From positions 37,111 through 101,110 of the IMG/VR virus record IMGVR_UViG_3300046474_000370: a DNA stretch of 64,000 bases; one strand, written 5' to 3'. Origin of the DNA: a virus. Under the pieces are notes generated by a model. It saw only the letters and a program-made list of their open reading frames with translations, was not told where the DNA came from and did not search any database. Shown in pieces: positions 35,202 to 45,172 of the stretch (positions within the stretch are counted from its first letter, which is position 1; each line of letters begins with the position of its first letter). The position numbers and the translations under genes were made by a program.

Positions 35202-35444
35202 TCAGTGGCACTCCGGGCCGTGGCCTTGCAGGGCCAGGTAGTTGCGCATGGCAGCGGTCAGCACCGCCTCGTCGTTGTTAAAGCGGGCGCGCAGCTTGGC
35301 CAGCATGTTGGCGCGCGTGAGCCGGTTGAATTGCATCACCGCGCTGCCCACGGCGGTCAGCTCGAACAGGTCGGCGGCATCGTCGAACGTGAGCCGCTGG
35401 CCGCCGCGCAGCATGGCCTCGATCTCGTCAAGACGGGCGCTCAT
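35202..35444 (-). CDS. Hypothetical protein
   Basis: Coupled start. Confidence 0.6.
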   Translation of the reverse strand: MSARLDEIEAMLRGGQRLTFDDAADLFELTAVGSAVMQFNRLTRANMLAKLRARFNNDEAVLTAAMRNYLALQGHGPECH

Positions 35445-35671
35445 TTGAGAATCCAGACGGCGCGCCCGACGAACGCCATTTCGGCCCACTTGGCACGGTA
35501 GTGGGCCTGTCCGCCCGGCTGGCCGTGTTCGCCCAGCGCCTGCACATAGCCTTGCGCGCCCCACGGCTTCGGTTGGGTGACGGTCATCATGCAGCCGGCG
35601 AACATCGGATTGCCGACGGACGGGGCGAGCTGCACCACGTCGCCCGGTTCCAATGGGTCTTGTTCACTCAT
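35441..35671 (-). CDS. Small SH3-like phage protein, first gene of the antisense operon
   Basis: GDVVQL...VTQPKPWGAQGYV. Confidence 0.7.
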   Translation of the reverse strand: MSEQDPLEPGDVVQLAPSVGNPMFAGCMMTVTQPKPWGAQGYVQALGEHGQPGGQAHYRAKWAEMAFVGRAVWILK

Positions 35672-35827
35672 GAGATTTCCACGTACAGGCTTGTTCGTTG
35701 GTAACTACGAGTTGCAATGATACACGCAGGAAAGGCGTTTGTGCGCAAAAGCAAGCCGCGCCAACCGCCCACGCAAGCCCGTGAGGGTGCCGGCCCCATA
35801 AACCGACCCCATCCACGGAGAAACGCC

Positions 35828-36148
35828 ATGCATGCCCATTCCACCGCGCCTAAACACCAGCACACGCACCTGGCCGTGCAAGAGGCCTTGACCCCGCAGG
35901 AGCGCCCGCTGCAAGTGGACGATTCGCTGGAGCAGCTGCAGCGCCAGGTCGAGTTCACCGTCGAGACCGTGCGCGCGCTGATGCGCCGACTGGCGCCGGT
36001 GAGCGTCGACACGCTGGCCGAGGGCGCGGCGCTCGAGGCCCGCCCGTGCAGCAAGGTGCGGCTGGCCGAGCAGATCGACCGTTGCACCGATGACCTGGTG
36101 GTGCTGACCGCCGAAGTACAGGTGGCGGTCAGGGCGCTGCAACTGTAG
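35828..36148 (+). CDS. Hypothetical coiled-coil protein
   Basis: SD GGAG; followed by a terminator. Confidence 0.65.
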   Translation: MHAHSTAPKHQHTHLAVQEALTPQERPLQVDDSLEQLQRQVEFTVETVRALMRRLAPVSVDTLAEGAALEARPCSKVRLAEQIDRCTDDLVVLTAEVQVAVRALQL

Positions 36149-36169
36149 GTGGCGCGCACCTGAAACCCC

Positions 36170-36194
36170 AACCCCGCCGCGTGCGGGGTTTTTT
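36170..36194 (+). terminator. Intrinsic terminator
   Basis: AACCCCGC-CGCGT-GCGGGGTT plus TTTT. Confidence 0.75.
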
Positions 36195-36209
36195 GTTGCA
36201 AGGATACCC

Positions 36210-36566
36210 ATGAGCCAACTGCTGACCGGCCTCGATGACAGCGCGGTGTCCACCGGCGCCAATGACATGCTGCTGGCCAAGGAGATCGCCGACGCCCTGA
36301 ACAGCCACTATCCGGGCCACCTGTGGGCGGTCAACGTGGACGGCCCGAACGGGCTGGCCAACATCCGCGACCTGATGCTGTCGGGCCAGATGGGCTATGT
36401 GCTCAAGCTGGGCAACATGTTCAGCGCCTCCGATTTCCGCCGCGATGTGATCCGCGCCGGCGGCGAGATCCTGGAACGCTTCCGCATGGCGCGCGGGCGC
36501 TTCGATGAGGGCCAGTACGGCGGCCTGCAGACCAACTTTGCCGGCGACTTCGTCTTCGAGCGATGA
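36210..36566 (+). CDS. Conserved-looking phage protein upstream of the portal
   Basis: HYPGHLWAV...AGGEILERF; coupled to the portal. Confidence 0.75.
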   Translation: MSQLLTGLDDSAVSTGANDMLLAKEIADALNSHYPGHLWAVNVDGPNGLANIRDLMLSGQMGYVLKLGNMFSASDFRRDVIRAGGEILERFRMARGRFDEGQYGGLQTNFAGDFVFER

Positions 36567-39214
36567 GCGAGCCGGTGCAAGCGACCCAAGTGCCCTGGGG
36601 CGGTCCCGATACCGACTGGCTCGGGCTGGCGCGCGACGCCTACCAGGCCTCGTCCAGCTATTTCGACGCCAACGTGCGCAGCCAGATCGAGGCCGACTTG
36701 CGCCAGTCGCAGGGGCAGCACCCGATCGGCTCGAAGTACCTGGCCGACAAGACCCGCTCGCGCCTGTTCCGGCCCAAGACGCGCGCCATGATCCGCAAGA
36801 ACGAGGCGGCCTGCGCCGAGGCGTTCTTTACCACCAACGATGTGGTCGCGATCAAGGCCGAGAACGACAACGACCCGCAGCAGCAGGCCAGCGCGGCGGT
36901 GATCCGCGAGCTGTTGCAGTACCGCCTGACCAAGACCATCCCGTGGTATCTGACGCTGGTCGGCGCGTTCCAGGACGCCCAGACGGTCGGCATAGTGGCG
37001 TCCTACCAGTATTGGGAATACAACCAGGTCAAGGGGATCGACAAGCCGTGCGTGCGCCTGCTGCCGATCGAGAACCTGCGCTTCGACCCGGCCGCCTCAT
37101 GGACCGACCCGGTGGGCACCTCGCCGTATCTGATCGAGCTGATCCCGATGTACGTGGGCCAGGTCAAGGCGCGCATGCGCAACCCGGACCCGAAAACCGG
37201 GGCGCCGCGCTGGCACGAGCTGCCCGACTCGGTGATCCTGACCGCCACCACCACCTACGGCGACACCATCCGCATGCAGCGCGAAGGCCAGCGCACCGAT
37301 TCCAAGTACCAGCAGCAGGCCAACAGCAATTTCAACGTGGTATGGGTCCACAAGGTCATCCTTGAGGTCGACGAGGTCGATTACGTCTACTACACGCTCG
37401 GCTGCGACCACATGCTGAGCGACCCGGTGCCGCTCAGGGAGGTTTATTTCCACGGCCGCCGCCCGTACGTGGTGGGCACCTGCGTGGTCGAGACCCACAA
37501 GATTTACCCGGCCTCGCTGCCGCACCTGACCCACGATGTGCAGGCCGAGATCAACGAGGTGGCCAACCAGCGCATCGACAACGTCAAGCTGGCCCTGAAC
37601 AAGCGCTATTTTGCGCGCCGCAACAAGCAGGTCGACCTGCGCTCGGTGACCCGCAACGTGCCCGGCTCGGTGACCCTGATGCAGGACGTGGACGACGTCA
37701 AGGTGGTCGAGTTCAACGATGTGACCGGCTCCAGCTACAAGGAGCAGGAGGTGCTGAACCTCGACTTCGACGACCTGGCCGGCACCTTCTCGGGCAGTTC
37801 GGTGCAGTCGAACCGCAAGCTGAACGAGACCGTGGGCGGGATGAACCTGCTCAATACGACCGCCAACCAGGTCGCCAACTACCAGCTGCGCACCTTCGTC
37901 GAGACCTGGGTCGAGCCGGTGCTGCGCCAGCTGGTGCTGCTGGAGCAGAACTACGAGACCGACGAGGTGGTGCTGGCCCTGTGCGGGCAGGCCGCCAACC
38001 TGCAGCGCTTTGGCTTCGACGCCGTCACCGACGAGATGCTGATGGCGGAAACCACGCTGTCGGTGAACGTCGGCATGGGCCAGACCAACCCGGCCGAGCA
38101 GGGCAAGCAGTTCATCAACGGCATGACCGCGCTCAAGGAACTGCTGGGCGACGGCACGCTGGTCAAGATGGGCGTCGAGGTGGGCGAGGTGATCAAGGAG
38201 ATCTTCGGCAAGCTCGGCTACAAGGACGGCAGCCGCTTCTTCTCGCAGGACGCGAAGGACGATCCGGCGCGCCAGCAGATGCAGGCCACGATCGACCAGT
38301 TGCAGCAGGCGCTGCAGGCCAAGATGCCGCCGGAACTGCTGGCCGCCACCGTGCGCAAGCTCGATGCCGAGACCAAGTCGACCCAGGCCGAGGCGGTCAA
38401 GCGCGGCGTCGAGTCGTCGTTCAGCGCGATGCAGGGCGCCGAGGTGATCGCCGCGGTGCCGGGGGTGGCGCCGATCGCCGACGAGCTGATGCGCTCGGCC
38501 GGCTACACCGAACCGCAGCCGGCTGGCATCGACCCGAACTTCCCGCAGCCGGGCGGCGCGGCGCCGGGGCTGGGCATCGAGCCGGTGAAGAACCGCCGCA
38601 CCGGGATCGGCTTCCTGCCGGGCGACGCCAGCAGCACGGTGTACCCGCCCAATCCGACGCCGCCGCCGACGCCGGGCATCGGGGTGCGCCAGGGCATCCA
38701 GACCCAGCGCCCGGACAGCATCGCGCAGGCGGCCTTCGCTGACGGCGGGCTGGTGGGCGACGACGACGACGACGACGACAGCGCCCAGGCGGGCGCCGGC
38801 GCGCCGGGCTACGCGGCGGGCGCGAATGGCTACGGCGGGAACCGCAGCCCGGTGCATGACCTGATGGCGCAGAGCATGTTCAAGCTGGCCAACGGCGGCT
38901 TGATCCAGGGACCGGGCAGCGGCACCAGCGATTCGATCGCGGCCGCCGCCGGCGGGTTGCCGCTGGCCGTTTCCAACGGCGAGTACCGGATTCCGGCGGC
39001 GGTGGTGGCCGCGCTCGGGCACGACTTCTTCGAGGCGCTGGTGGCGCAGTTCCATGCGCCGGTCAGCACCGACGGCGCACCGCCGCCAGCGCAGCCGGGC
39101 CAGCCGCCGCTGCCGCTCGAGAACGGCGACTTCATCGTGCCGGCCGATGTGGTGCAGGCGCTTGGGCATGACTTCTTTGACAAGTTAATCGAGAGCTACG
39201 GGGGGGCGGCATGA
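36563..39214 (+). CDS. Portal protein (podovirus/P22-like) with C-terminal extension
   Basis: SRLFRPKTR, RFDPAA, RPYVVG, QAEINEVANQRIDN, ETVGGM; size and position between terL and scaffold. Confidence 0.85.
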   Translation: MSEPVQATQVPWGGPDTDWLGLARDAYQASSSYFDANVRSQIEADLRQSQGQHPIGSKYLADKTRSRLFRPKTRAMIRKNEAACAEAFFTTNDVVAIKAENDNDPQQQASAAVIRELLQYRLTKTIPWYLTLVGAFQDAQTVGIVASYQYWEYNQVKGIDKPCVRLLPIENLRFDPAASWTDPVGTSPYLIELIPMYVGQVKARMRNPDPKTGAPRWHELPDSVILTATTTYGDTIRMQREGQRTDSKYQQQANSNFNVVWVHKVILEVDEVDYVYYTLGCDHMLSDPVPLREVYFHGRRPYVVGTCVVETHKIYPASLPHLTHDVQAEINEVANQRIDNVKLALNKRYFARRNKQVDLRSVTRNVPGSVTLMQDVDDVKVVEFNDVTGSSYKEQEVLNLDFDDLAGTFSGSSVQSNRKLNETVGGMNLLNTTANQVANYQLRTFVETWVEPVLRQLVLLEQNYETDEVVLALCGQAANLQRFGFDAVTDEMLMAETTLSVNVGMGQTNPAEQGKQFINGMTALKELLGDGTLVKMGVEVGEVIKEIFGKLGYKDGSRFFSQDAKDDPARQQMQATIDQLQQALQAKMPPELLAATVRKLDAETKSTQAEAVKRGVESSFSAMQGAEVIAAVPGVAPIADELMRSAGYTEPQPAGIDPNFPQPGGAAPGLGIEPVKNRRTGIGFLPGDASSTVYPPNPTPPPTPGIGVRQGIQTQRPDSIAQAAFADGGLVGDDDDDDDSAQAGAGAPGYAAGANGYGGNRSPVHDLMAQSMFKLANGGLIQGPGSGTSDSIAAAAGGLPLAVSNGEYRIPAAVVAALGHDFFEALVAQFHAPVSTDGAPPPAQPGQPPLPLENGDFIVPADVVQALGHDFFDKLIESYGGAA

Positions 39215-39498
39215 GGCGGCGCTATGTCTTGATGCTGGACACGCTGGCGCAGGGCGCGGTGCTGGCCGAGCGCGACAACGACGGGCGGCCGGTGCTGTAC
39301 CTGACCGCCTACGCGGCCGAGGCCGAGGTGGCGCGCAGCATGGTCGAGCAGTACCGCCAGGTCATCGACGGCGAGCGCGAGCTGGCCGATGTGGGCGAGC
39401 CGGAAGGGGTCGCGCCGGTGCTGCTGCACGAGAACGGCGACCTGACCGACGCCGCCGGCAAGGTGATCGCCAACGCCAACCAGCCGCTGCCGTACTGA
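39211..39498 (+). CDS. Hypothetical protein
   Basis: Coupled to the portal. Confidence 0.6.
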   Translation: MRRRYVLMLDTLAQGAVLAERDNDGRPVLYLTAYAAEAEVARSMVEQYRQVIDGERELADVGEPEGVAPVLLHENGDLTDAAGKVIANANQPLPY

Positions 39499-39505
39499 GG
39501 ACACG

Positions 39506-39811
39506 ATGAATTATCAGATTGATTACTCCCGCTTCACGCCGGATGAGGTCGAGCGCCTGCGCACCGCCGCGTTCGGGGTCGAGGTCGAGCATTTCCACGA
39601 CAGCCTGATCGGCAAGTACCTGGTGGCGAAGGCGCGCGCCGAGCGGCTGGCGGCGCTCGAACTGCTGGCCGAGGTCGAGCCGACCGACGTCGACCGCATC
39701 CGCGACCTGCAAGGGGTGGTCGCGCGCTGCGACGGCTTCGGCCAGTGGCTGAGCGAGGCGGTGATCGCCGGCGAGAACGCCGAGCTGGAACTGCGGGAGA
39801 TGGGCGCATGA
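39506..39811 (+). CDS. Small helical head-associated protein
   Basis: Typical small gene after podoviral portals. Confidence 0.65.
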   Translation: MNYQIDYSRFTPDEVERLRTAAFGVEVEHFHDSLIGKYLVAKARAERLAALELLAEVEPTDVDRIRDLQGVVARCDGFGQWLSEAVIAGENAELELREMGA

Positions 39812-40089
39812 CGCTCGACCAGCTGGAAGAAACGCTGGAGGGCAGCGAGGCGCTGTTCCTGGAGCCGCGCAGCACGTTCGACCGCGCCATCGTCGGCGTC
39901 GCCACCCAGGCCAACGGCCAGCCGGTGCTGGTGTACGACCGCGTGCGCACGGTGCAGGCACTGGCCGAGGACAACGGCTGGGACGAGGACGAGGCGTGGG
40001 AGTTCTGCGAATTCAACACGTTTTGCGCCTATGTCGGTGCGGGCACCCCGCTGTTTCTGGACGCCGTCGCGCCCGACGCCGACGACTGA
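39808..40089 (+). CDS. Phage hypothetical protein
   Basis: FDRAIVGV...EAWEFCEFN..CAYVGAGTP. Confidence 0.75.
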   Translation: MTLDQLEETLEGSEALFLEPRSTFDRAIVGVATQANGQPVLVYDRVRTVQALAEDNGWDEDEAWEFCEFNTFCAYVGAGTPLFLDAVAPDADD

Positions 40090-40145
40090 CCCCGTTGTTC
40101 TGACCCTGCGCGGCTCGTCGCGCCCTACTTGAAGGAACCACCATC

Positions 40146-40550
40146 ATGGCTCTGCAACTGTCCGTTGCCGTACGCAACGCACGTCTCGACTCGATTGAAA
40201 CCACCGCCGGCACCTCGGCCAAGCTGCGCCTGTTGACCGGCAGCGCGCCGGCCGACTGCGCCGCCGCCCAATCCGGCACGCTGCTGTGCGAGATCGCGCT
40301 GCCGGCCGACTACCTGGCGAATGCCAGCGCCGGCGCCAAGGCCAAGTCCGGCACCTGGTCGGGCAGCGGCGCCGCCGCCGGCAACGCCGGCTACTTCCGC
40401 ATCGTCGACTCGGCCGGGACCACCTGCCACCTGCAAGGCACGGTGACGGCCACCGGCAGCGGCGGCGACATGACGCTCGACAACATCAACATCGCGGTGT
40501 CGCAGGTGGTGACCGTTTCCAGTTTCCAGCTGACCGACGCCAACGCTTAA
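40146..40550 (+). CDS. Virion fibre subunit (bead protein), module 1
   Basis: LRLLTGSAPA...GTLLCEI...GNAGYFRI; homologous to 55894-56664. Confidence 0.7.
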   Translation: MALQLSVAVRNARLDSIETTAGTSAKLRLLTGSAPADCAAAQSGTLLCEIALPADYLANASAGAKAKSGTWSGSGAAAGNAGYFRIVDSAGTTCHLQGTVTATGSGGDMTLDNINIAVSQVVTVSSFQLTDANA

Positions 40551-40565
40551 TAAAGGAGAACGACC

Positions 40566-40865
40566 ATGAGCTACGCCGACATTTACGCCGCCGCCAACGA
40601 CTCCACGTTCCAAGGGCGCTGCCAGGTGGCCATGTGGACCGCCGCGCAGAACATCGCCGCCGAAGATCCATCCACCGTCGATCACACGGCGCGCATGGAC
40701 TGGGCCAACCGCGTGCTGCAAGAGCGCACCAACCTGACCCCGCGCCAGCTGGCGGTGCAGGTGCTGCGCAACACGACCATCGCGGCGGCACCCGCCAGTG
40801 CGCTGGACACCGACATCCAGTTCCAGGTCAACTCGGTCATCGACGCCCTGATCGCGGTGGGCTGA
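40566..40865 (+). CDS. Fibre-associated small protein
   Basis: SD AGGAG; lies within the fibre module. Confidence 0.6.
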   Translation: MSYADIYAAANDSTFQGRCQVAMWTAAQNIAAEDPSTVDHTARMDWANRVLQERTNLTPRQLAVQVLRNTTIAAAPASALDTDIQFQVNSVIDALIAVG

Positions 40866-40866
40866 C

Positions 40867-41343
40867 ATGACCGCCGCCAAGATCGCGCAGGGCACCAGAA
40901 CCCAGTTGTCGGGGGCTGCCGCCGCGCTCAACAGCCTGGCCGGTTCGACGGCCACCTACGTGGTGCTTGGCACGATCACCCACAACAGCGGCGGCAAGGT
41001 GCCGCTCGACTGCCTGGTGGAACTGGCTATCACTCCCGGCACGGTGGGCGGCAACAAGCAGGCCATCCTGTTCGCGCAGGTGTCGCTCGACGGCACCAAC
41101 TTTTCCAGCGGCCCGACTAGCGGCACCACCGCCACCGACGAGCCGAACCTGGTGCTCATCGGCACCCTGCCGCTGGCCACCAACGCCACCTTGCAACGCA
41201 AGACCTTCTCGCTGGCCGCCGCGATGCCGGGCTGGGTGCTGCCGTACGCCACCAAGCTGATCGTCAAGAACGATTCGGGCGCAGCGTTCGCCAGTTCCGG
41301 CAATGATGTGTACACGCTCGACGACAGCGGCGACCTGACCTGA
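40867..41343 (+). CDS. Virion beta-sandwich protein
   Basis: Thr/Gly-rich beta pattern, SLDGTNF. Confidence 0.65.
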   Translation: MTAAKIAQGTRTQLSGAAAALNSLAGSTATYVVLGTITHNSGGKVPLDCLVELAITPGTVGGNKQAILFAQVSLDGTNFSSGPTSGTTATDEPNLVLIGTLPLATNATLQRKTFSLAAAMPGWVLPYATKLIVKNDSGAAFASSGNDVYTLDDSGDLT

Positions 41344-41350
41344 CCGGCCA

Positions 41351-43306
41351 ATGGGCGCGCTGATTCTTCCGAGCCGGTTCAACCAGCAGCCGCCAAGCGC
41401 GGCCATCGACTGGTCGCATCCGCTCGCACGCGGATTGGTGCGCGCCTACCACTTTGGCAACAAAGGGTCGGATGCGGTCAACGGCGGTGCCCCGTGGACC
41501 TTGGGCGCCAGTGGTGGTGGCACCTGGGGTATCGCGGCAGCCGGACGCGGCCTGTCGCACACGCTTACCAACGGCAGGGCGCAGGTCAATGACGGGCTGC
41601 AGAACCTGATCACGGGCGAACTGACGGTCCTGATCCTGTACACCAGCACCACAGTGGCCGCAGGCAATGACTTCCTGTTCGCCAGCGCCGGTGTCGATTA
41701 CAACTGGGGTATGTACTTCAGCAACACCGCGCAGTTCTTCGTCAAGAATACGGGCGGCGCCGGGGTATCCACCACCGCCACGACGGTGGCGGCGGGCGTG
41801 ACGCGGGCCTACGCGGCGACCTATGCCGCCGGCGCTGGATCGAACAACCTCAAGTTCTACGACAGCGGCAGACTGGCCGCCACCGCGACGCAGACCGGCA
41901 ACGTTTCGCAGCTCAACCAGCCGGTCTCCAGCCAGACCTGGAACGGCGGCAATTCGACCAACGGCACCCTGTACGTCGCCTATGTCTGGAACCGGGCGCT
42001 GTCCCCGGCGGAAGTCGCGGCCATCAGCGCCAACCCCTGGCAACTGTTCGCCGCGCCGCGTCGTTTGTTGGTGACAACGGGGGCCGCGGCGCTCACGGCC
42101 AGCGCGAACGTGACGCTCGGCGGGCTGGTTCTCAGCAATCAGGCACGGCCGCCCAACGCACCGGCACAAGGCGCGGTGGAGATCGCCGCCAGCTGCGCCG
42201 CCAGCCTGGGCGCCGCAACAGGTAGCGGCGCCGGCGAAGCCGCCATTGACGGGCAGCTGGGGGCAAGCCTGGCCGCGGCCGGCGTCGCGGCGCTGGCCTT
42301 GCCCGAGCGCTACGCGGCGCTGACGGCGGCACTGGCGGACGTCACGGCGCAAGCCGCCACGGGCGTGACGGTGGCGGCCCAACTCGCCGGCAGCTGCGCA
42401 GCAGCAACCGTCGTCGCGAGCGTCGACAGCGCCGTCACGGCCAGCGTCAGCGCCACCCTGGGCGCGGTTAGCCTCGCCGCCGACGGGGTCGTGGCCGCGT
42501 TTGCCAGCCGCACCGCAGAACTGGCGATTACGTTCGGGGCCGTGCAGGCGAGCAGCAGCGCAACCAGCACTGTCGGCGCCACGCTGGCCGCCACCCTCGG
42601 GGCTGCCCTGGCGGTCAGTTCGGCGCAGGCAGGCGACAGCGCGAGCTTGGCCGCTACGCTCGGGGCACTGGCGCGGACGGCGACCGGCAGCAACCTGGTG
42701 CAGGGAGCGACGACCGCCACCCTCGGCGCGGCCACCTTGACCGCCGACGCCACGGTTTCCGCGCCGGCGGGCCGGACTGCGCAACTGGCCGTGGTCCTCG
42801 CGCCAGTCCAGGTGAACAGTGCCGCGCAGACGGCCTCCAGTGCCAGCCTGTCCGCCAGCCTGAACAGCCTCAGCGCGACCGCCAGCGGCACCAGCCAGGT
42901 CGCGGCGGCCGCCTCCGTCACGCTGGCGGCGGCGACCAGCGCCGGCGCCAGCGGGGTAGCCGTGGGCGCCAGCCTGACGGCCACCCTCGGGGGCGCGAAC
43001 GCGGCTGTCAGCGCCGCTGTCGGCGTGACGGCGGACGCGGGCGCCACCCTTGCCAGCGCCCAGGTGACGGCAGCCGGCGGCGGCGTGGCAGCGGCCAGCC
43101 TGGCGGCGGTCTTGCTCGACAGCCTGCTGGCGGGGGAGGCCACGGCGACGATCAGTGGCCTCGCCAGCGGCGCGCTGGGCGTGCTGACGCTGGCCGGGCA
43201 CGGCCGCACCGTGGTCGTCGACCTGTCGCCCGAGCGCACGCTGACCGTCGCCGGCGAGGACCGGATGCTGCGCGTCCCTTCTGCAACCCGAATAGCGAGG
43301 CCCTGA
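41351..43306 (+). CDS. Fibre protein: LamG/ConA-like domain plus 21-aa repeat rope
   Basis: VWNRALSPAEV LamG end, followed by about 16 tandem 21-aa Ala/Thr repeats. Confidence 0.75.
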   Translation: MGALILPSRFNQQPPSAAIDWSHPLARGLVRAYHFGNKGSDAVNGGAPWTLGASGGGTWGIAAAGRGLSHTLTNGRAQVNDGLQNLITGELTVLILYTSTTVAAGNDFLFASAGVDYNWGMYFSNTAQFFVKNTGGAGVSTTATTVAAGVTRAYAATYAAGAGSNNLKFYDSGRLAATATQTGNVSQLNQPVSSQTWNGGNSTNGTLYVAYVWNRALSPAEVAAISANPWQLFAAPRRLLVTTGAAALTASANVTLGGLVLSNQARPPNAPAQGAVEIAASCAASLGAATGSGAGEAAIDGQLGASLAAAGVAALALPERYAALTAALADVTAQAATGVTVAAQLAGSCAAATVVASVDSAVTASVSATLGAVSLAADGVVAAFASRTAELAITFGAVQASSSATSTVGATLAATLGAALAVSSAQAGDSASLAATLGALARTATGSNLVQGATTATLGAATLTADATVSAPAGRTAQLAVVLAPVQVNSAAQTASSASLSASLNSLSATASGTSQVAAAASVTLAAATSAGASGVAVGASLTATLGGANAAVSAAVGVTADAGATLASAQVTAAGGGVAAASLAAVLLDSLLAGEATATISGLASGALGVLTLAGHGRTVVVDLSPERTLTVAGEDRMLRVPSATRIARP

Positions 43307-43614
43307 TGGCAACCGGATTCTATCTAGCGCGCGGCAAGATGACGATCGACAAGGACCCGGATGACCAGCTGTACTACGGCATCGACATGGCCGACGAACT
43401 GCGCTTGAGCGGCACCACGCTGAGCGGTGTCGAGGAACTGGTCGCCGGGGTCGAGGTGTTGGAGCCGGCCACGCTGCAGGGGACGGCCGGCGTCATCAAG
43501 CTTGGCGGGCTGGATGTGTCGGCGCGCCCGGTCAACTACTGCACGTTGCGCTTCTCAATGGCCAATGGCGAGCGCATGGACAAGACGATCTACTTCAAGC
43601 GCAAGGACAAGTAG
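43306..43614 (+). CDS. Fibre-tail adaptor-like protein
   Basis: KDPDDQLYYGID...NGERMDKTIYF. Confidence 0.65.
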   Translation: MATGFYLARGKMTIDKDPDDQLYYGIDMADELRLSGTTLSGVEELVAGVEVLEPATLQGTAGVIKLGGLDVSARPVNYCTLRFSMANGERMDKTIYFKRKDK

Positions 43615-43617
43615 CGC

Positions 43618-44913
43618 ATGGCGCCCTATACCCTGCACCTGGGCGACTGCCTGGAGGTGATGCGCGCCATGCCGGACAACAGCATCGACGCGATCGTGAC
43701 CGACCCGCCGTACCACCTGACCACCGGCAAGAAGGGTGGCAGCGGGCCGGCCAGCTACAACCCGGATTCGCCGGCCGGGTGCGCGAAGATCGGCACCGGC
43801 TTCATGGGCATGACCTGGGATGGCGGCGACATCGCGTTCCGGGTCGAGCTGTGGCGCGAGGCGCTGCGCGTGCTGAAACCGGGCGGGCATGTGCTGGCAT
43901 TCTCAGGCAGCCGCACCTACCACCGGATGGCCTGCGCAATCGAGGACGCCGGGTTCGAGATCCGCGACCAGATCCTGTGGGTGTATTTGACAGGGTTCCC
44001 GAAGTCGCGCGACATCGCCAAGTACGACATGGACGGCGCGGATGCCGCCGCGTGGGCGGGCTGGGGAACCGGGCTGAAACCCACGCACGAGCCGATCTGC
44101 ATGGCGCGCAAGCCGCTGGCCAAGGGCATGACGGTGGCCGCCAACGTCCTGGCGCACGGTACGGGGGCGCTGAACATCGACGCCTGCCGGGTTGAAGTGC
44201 TCGACGACGATTACGCGCGCAATTGCTCGGGTGACCGCGGCCACGGGGGCACCCGCAGCGCCGCACAAGCGGGGGCAACGAACTTACATACCGGGGGCGG
44301 CAGCGCGGCGGCGGGGCGCTGGCCCGCCAACCTGGTCCACGACGGCAGCGACGATGTGGTGGCCCTGTTCCCGGCGCAGGCCGGCGCCGCCGCGCCAGTG
44401 CATACCCGGCGCGCCGACAAGTTCCGAAACAGCTACGGCAGCTTCGCCGGCAACATCGACGAGGCCGGCAGCACGTTTCGCGGCGACGCCGGCAGCGCGG
44501 CGCGCTTCTTCTACTGCGCCAAGGCCAGCCGCCGCGACCGCAACGAGGGTTGCGAGCAGCTGGCCGCCAAGCCGCTGCACTGGTCGAGCGGCGACCAGAA
44601 CCCCGGCAGCTTCCAGTCGGCCGGCACCGACAAGAGCAGCCAGAACTTCCACCCGACGGTCAAGCCGACCGCCCTGATGCAATGGCTGGTGCGGCTGGTG
44701 ACGCCGCCCGGCGGCGTGGTGCTTGACCTGTTCACGGGCTCGGGCAGCACCGGCAAGGCCTGCATGCGCGAGCGGTTGCGCTTCATCGGGGCCGAACTGA
44801 ACCCGGATTACCTGGCGATCGCCGAGGTGCGCATCGGGCACGCACTGGCCGCCCGCGAGGCGGCAGCGCGCGCGGCGGCGCCGGCGTCGCCGCAGATTGA
44901 CCTTTTCGCCTGA
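43618..44913 (+). CDS. DNA N6-adenine/N4-cytosine methyltransferase (beta class)
   Basis: GDCLEVM, TDPPY, HPTVKP, VLDLFTGSGSTG. Confidence 0.95.
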   Translation: MAPYTLHLGDCLEVMRAMPDNSIDAIVTDPPYHLTTGKKGGSGPASYNPDSPAGCAKIGTGFMGMTWDGGDIAFRVELWREALRVLKPGGHVLAFSGSRTYHRMACAIEDAGFEIRDQILWVYLTGFPKSRDIAKYDMDGADAAAWAGWGTGLKPTHEPICMARKPLAKGMTVAANVLAHGTGALNIDACRVEVLDDDYARNCSGDRGHGGTRSAAQAGATNLHTGGGSAAAGRWPANLVHDGSDDVVALFPAQAGAAAPVHTRRADKFRNSYGSFAGNIDEAGSTFRGDAGSAARFFYCAKASRRDRNEGCEQLAAKPLHWSSGDQNPGSFQSAGTDKSSQNFHPTVKPTALMQWLVRLVTPPGGVVLDLFTGSGSTGKACMRERLRFIGAELNPDYLAIAEVRIGHALAAREAAARAAAPASPQIDLFA

Positions 44914-44923
44914 GACATCGCGT

Positions 44924-45106
44924 ATGGACGCTTGCACCTATGCCACCCCGAAGGCGCGCGCCGTGCTGGCGCGCGTCGGGACCTACCTCACGCGCCAACC
45001 GCGCGCCAAGCTCAAGGAGGTGGCGGCCGCCTGCTTCATCAGCGTGTCCAGCGCGTCGCGCTACCGCACCGAATGGCTGGCACGCCGCCCGCCGCCTGGG
45101 CGCTGA
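44924..45106 (+). CDS. Small HTH protein
   Basis: LKEVAAACFISVSSASRY. Confidence 0.6.
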   Translation: MDACTYATPKARAVLARVGTYLTRQPRAKLKEVAAACFISVSSASRYRTEWLARRPPPGR

Positions 45107-45125
45107 TTGCGCCAGCAGTACCCCG

Positions 45126-45147
45126 ACCCGCCCCGGCGGGTTTTTTT
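45126..45147 (+). terminator. Intrinsic terminator
   Basis: ACCCGC stem plus T7. Confidence 0.7.
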
Positions 45148-45172
45148 ACGCCCCGAACTTTGACAGGACAGC

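Noticed and set aside
38758-38778. (GAC)7 repeat in the portal as a phase-variation tract
   Set aside because: In-frame triplet repeat encoding poly-Asp in a linker; slippage would not shift the frame
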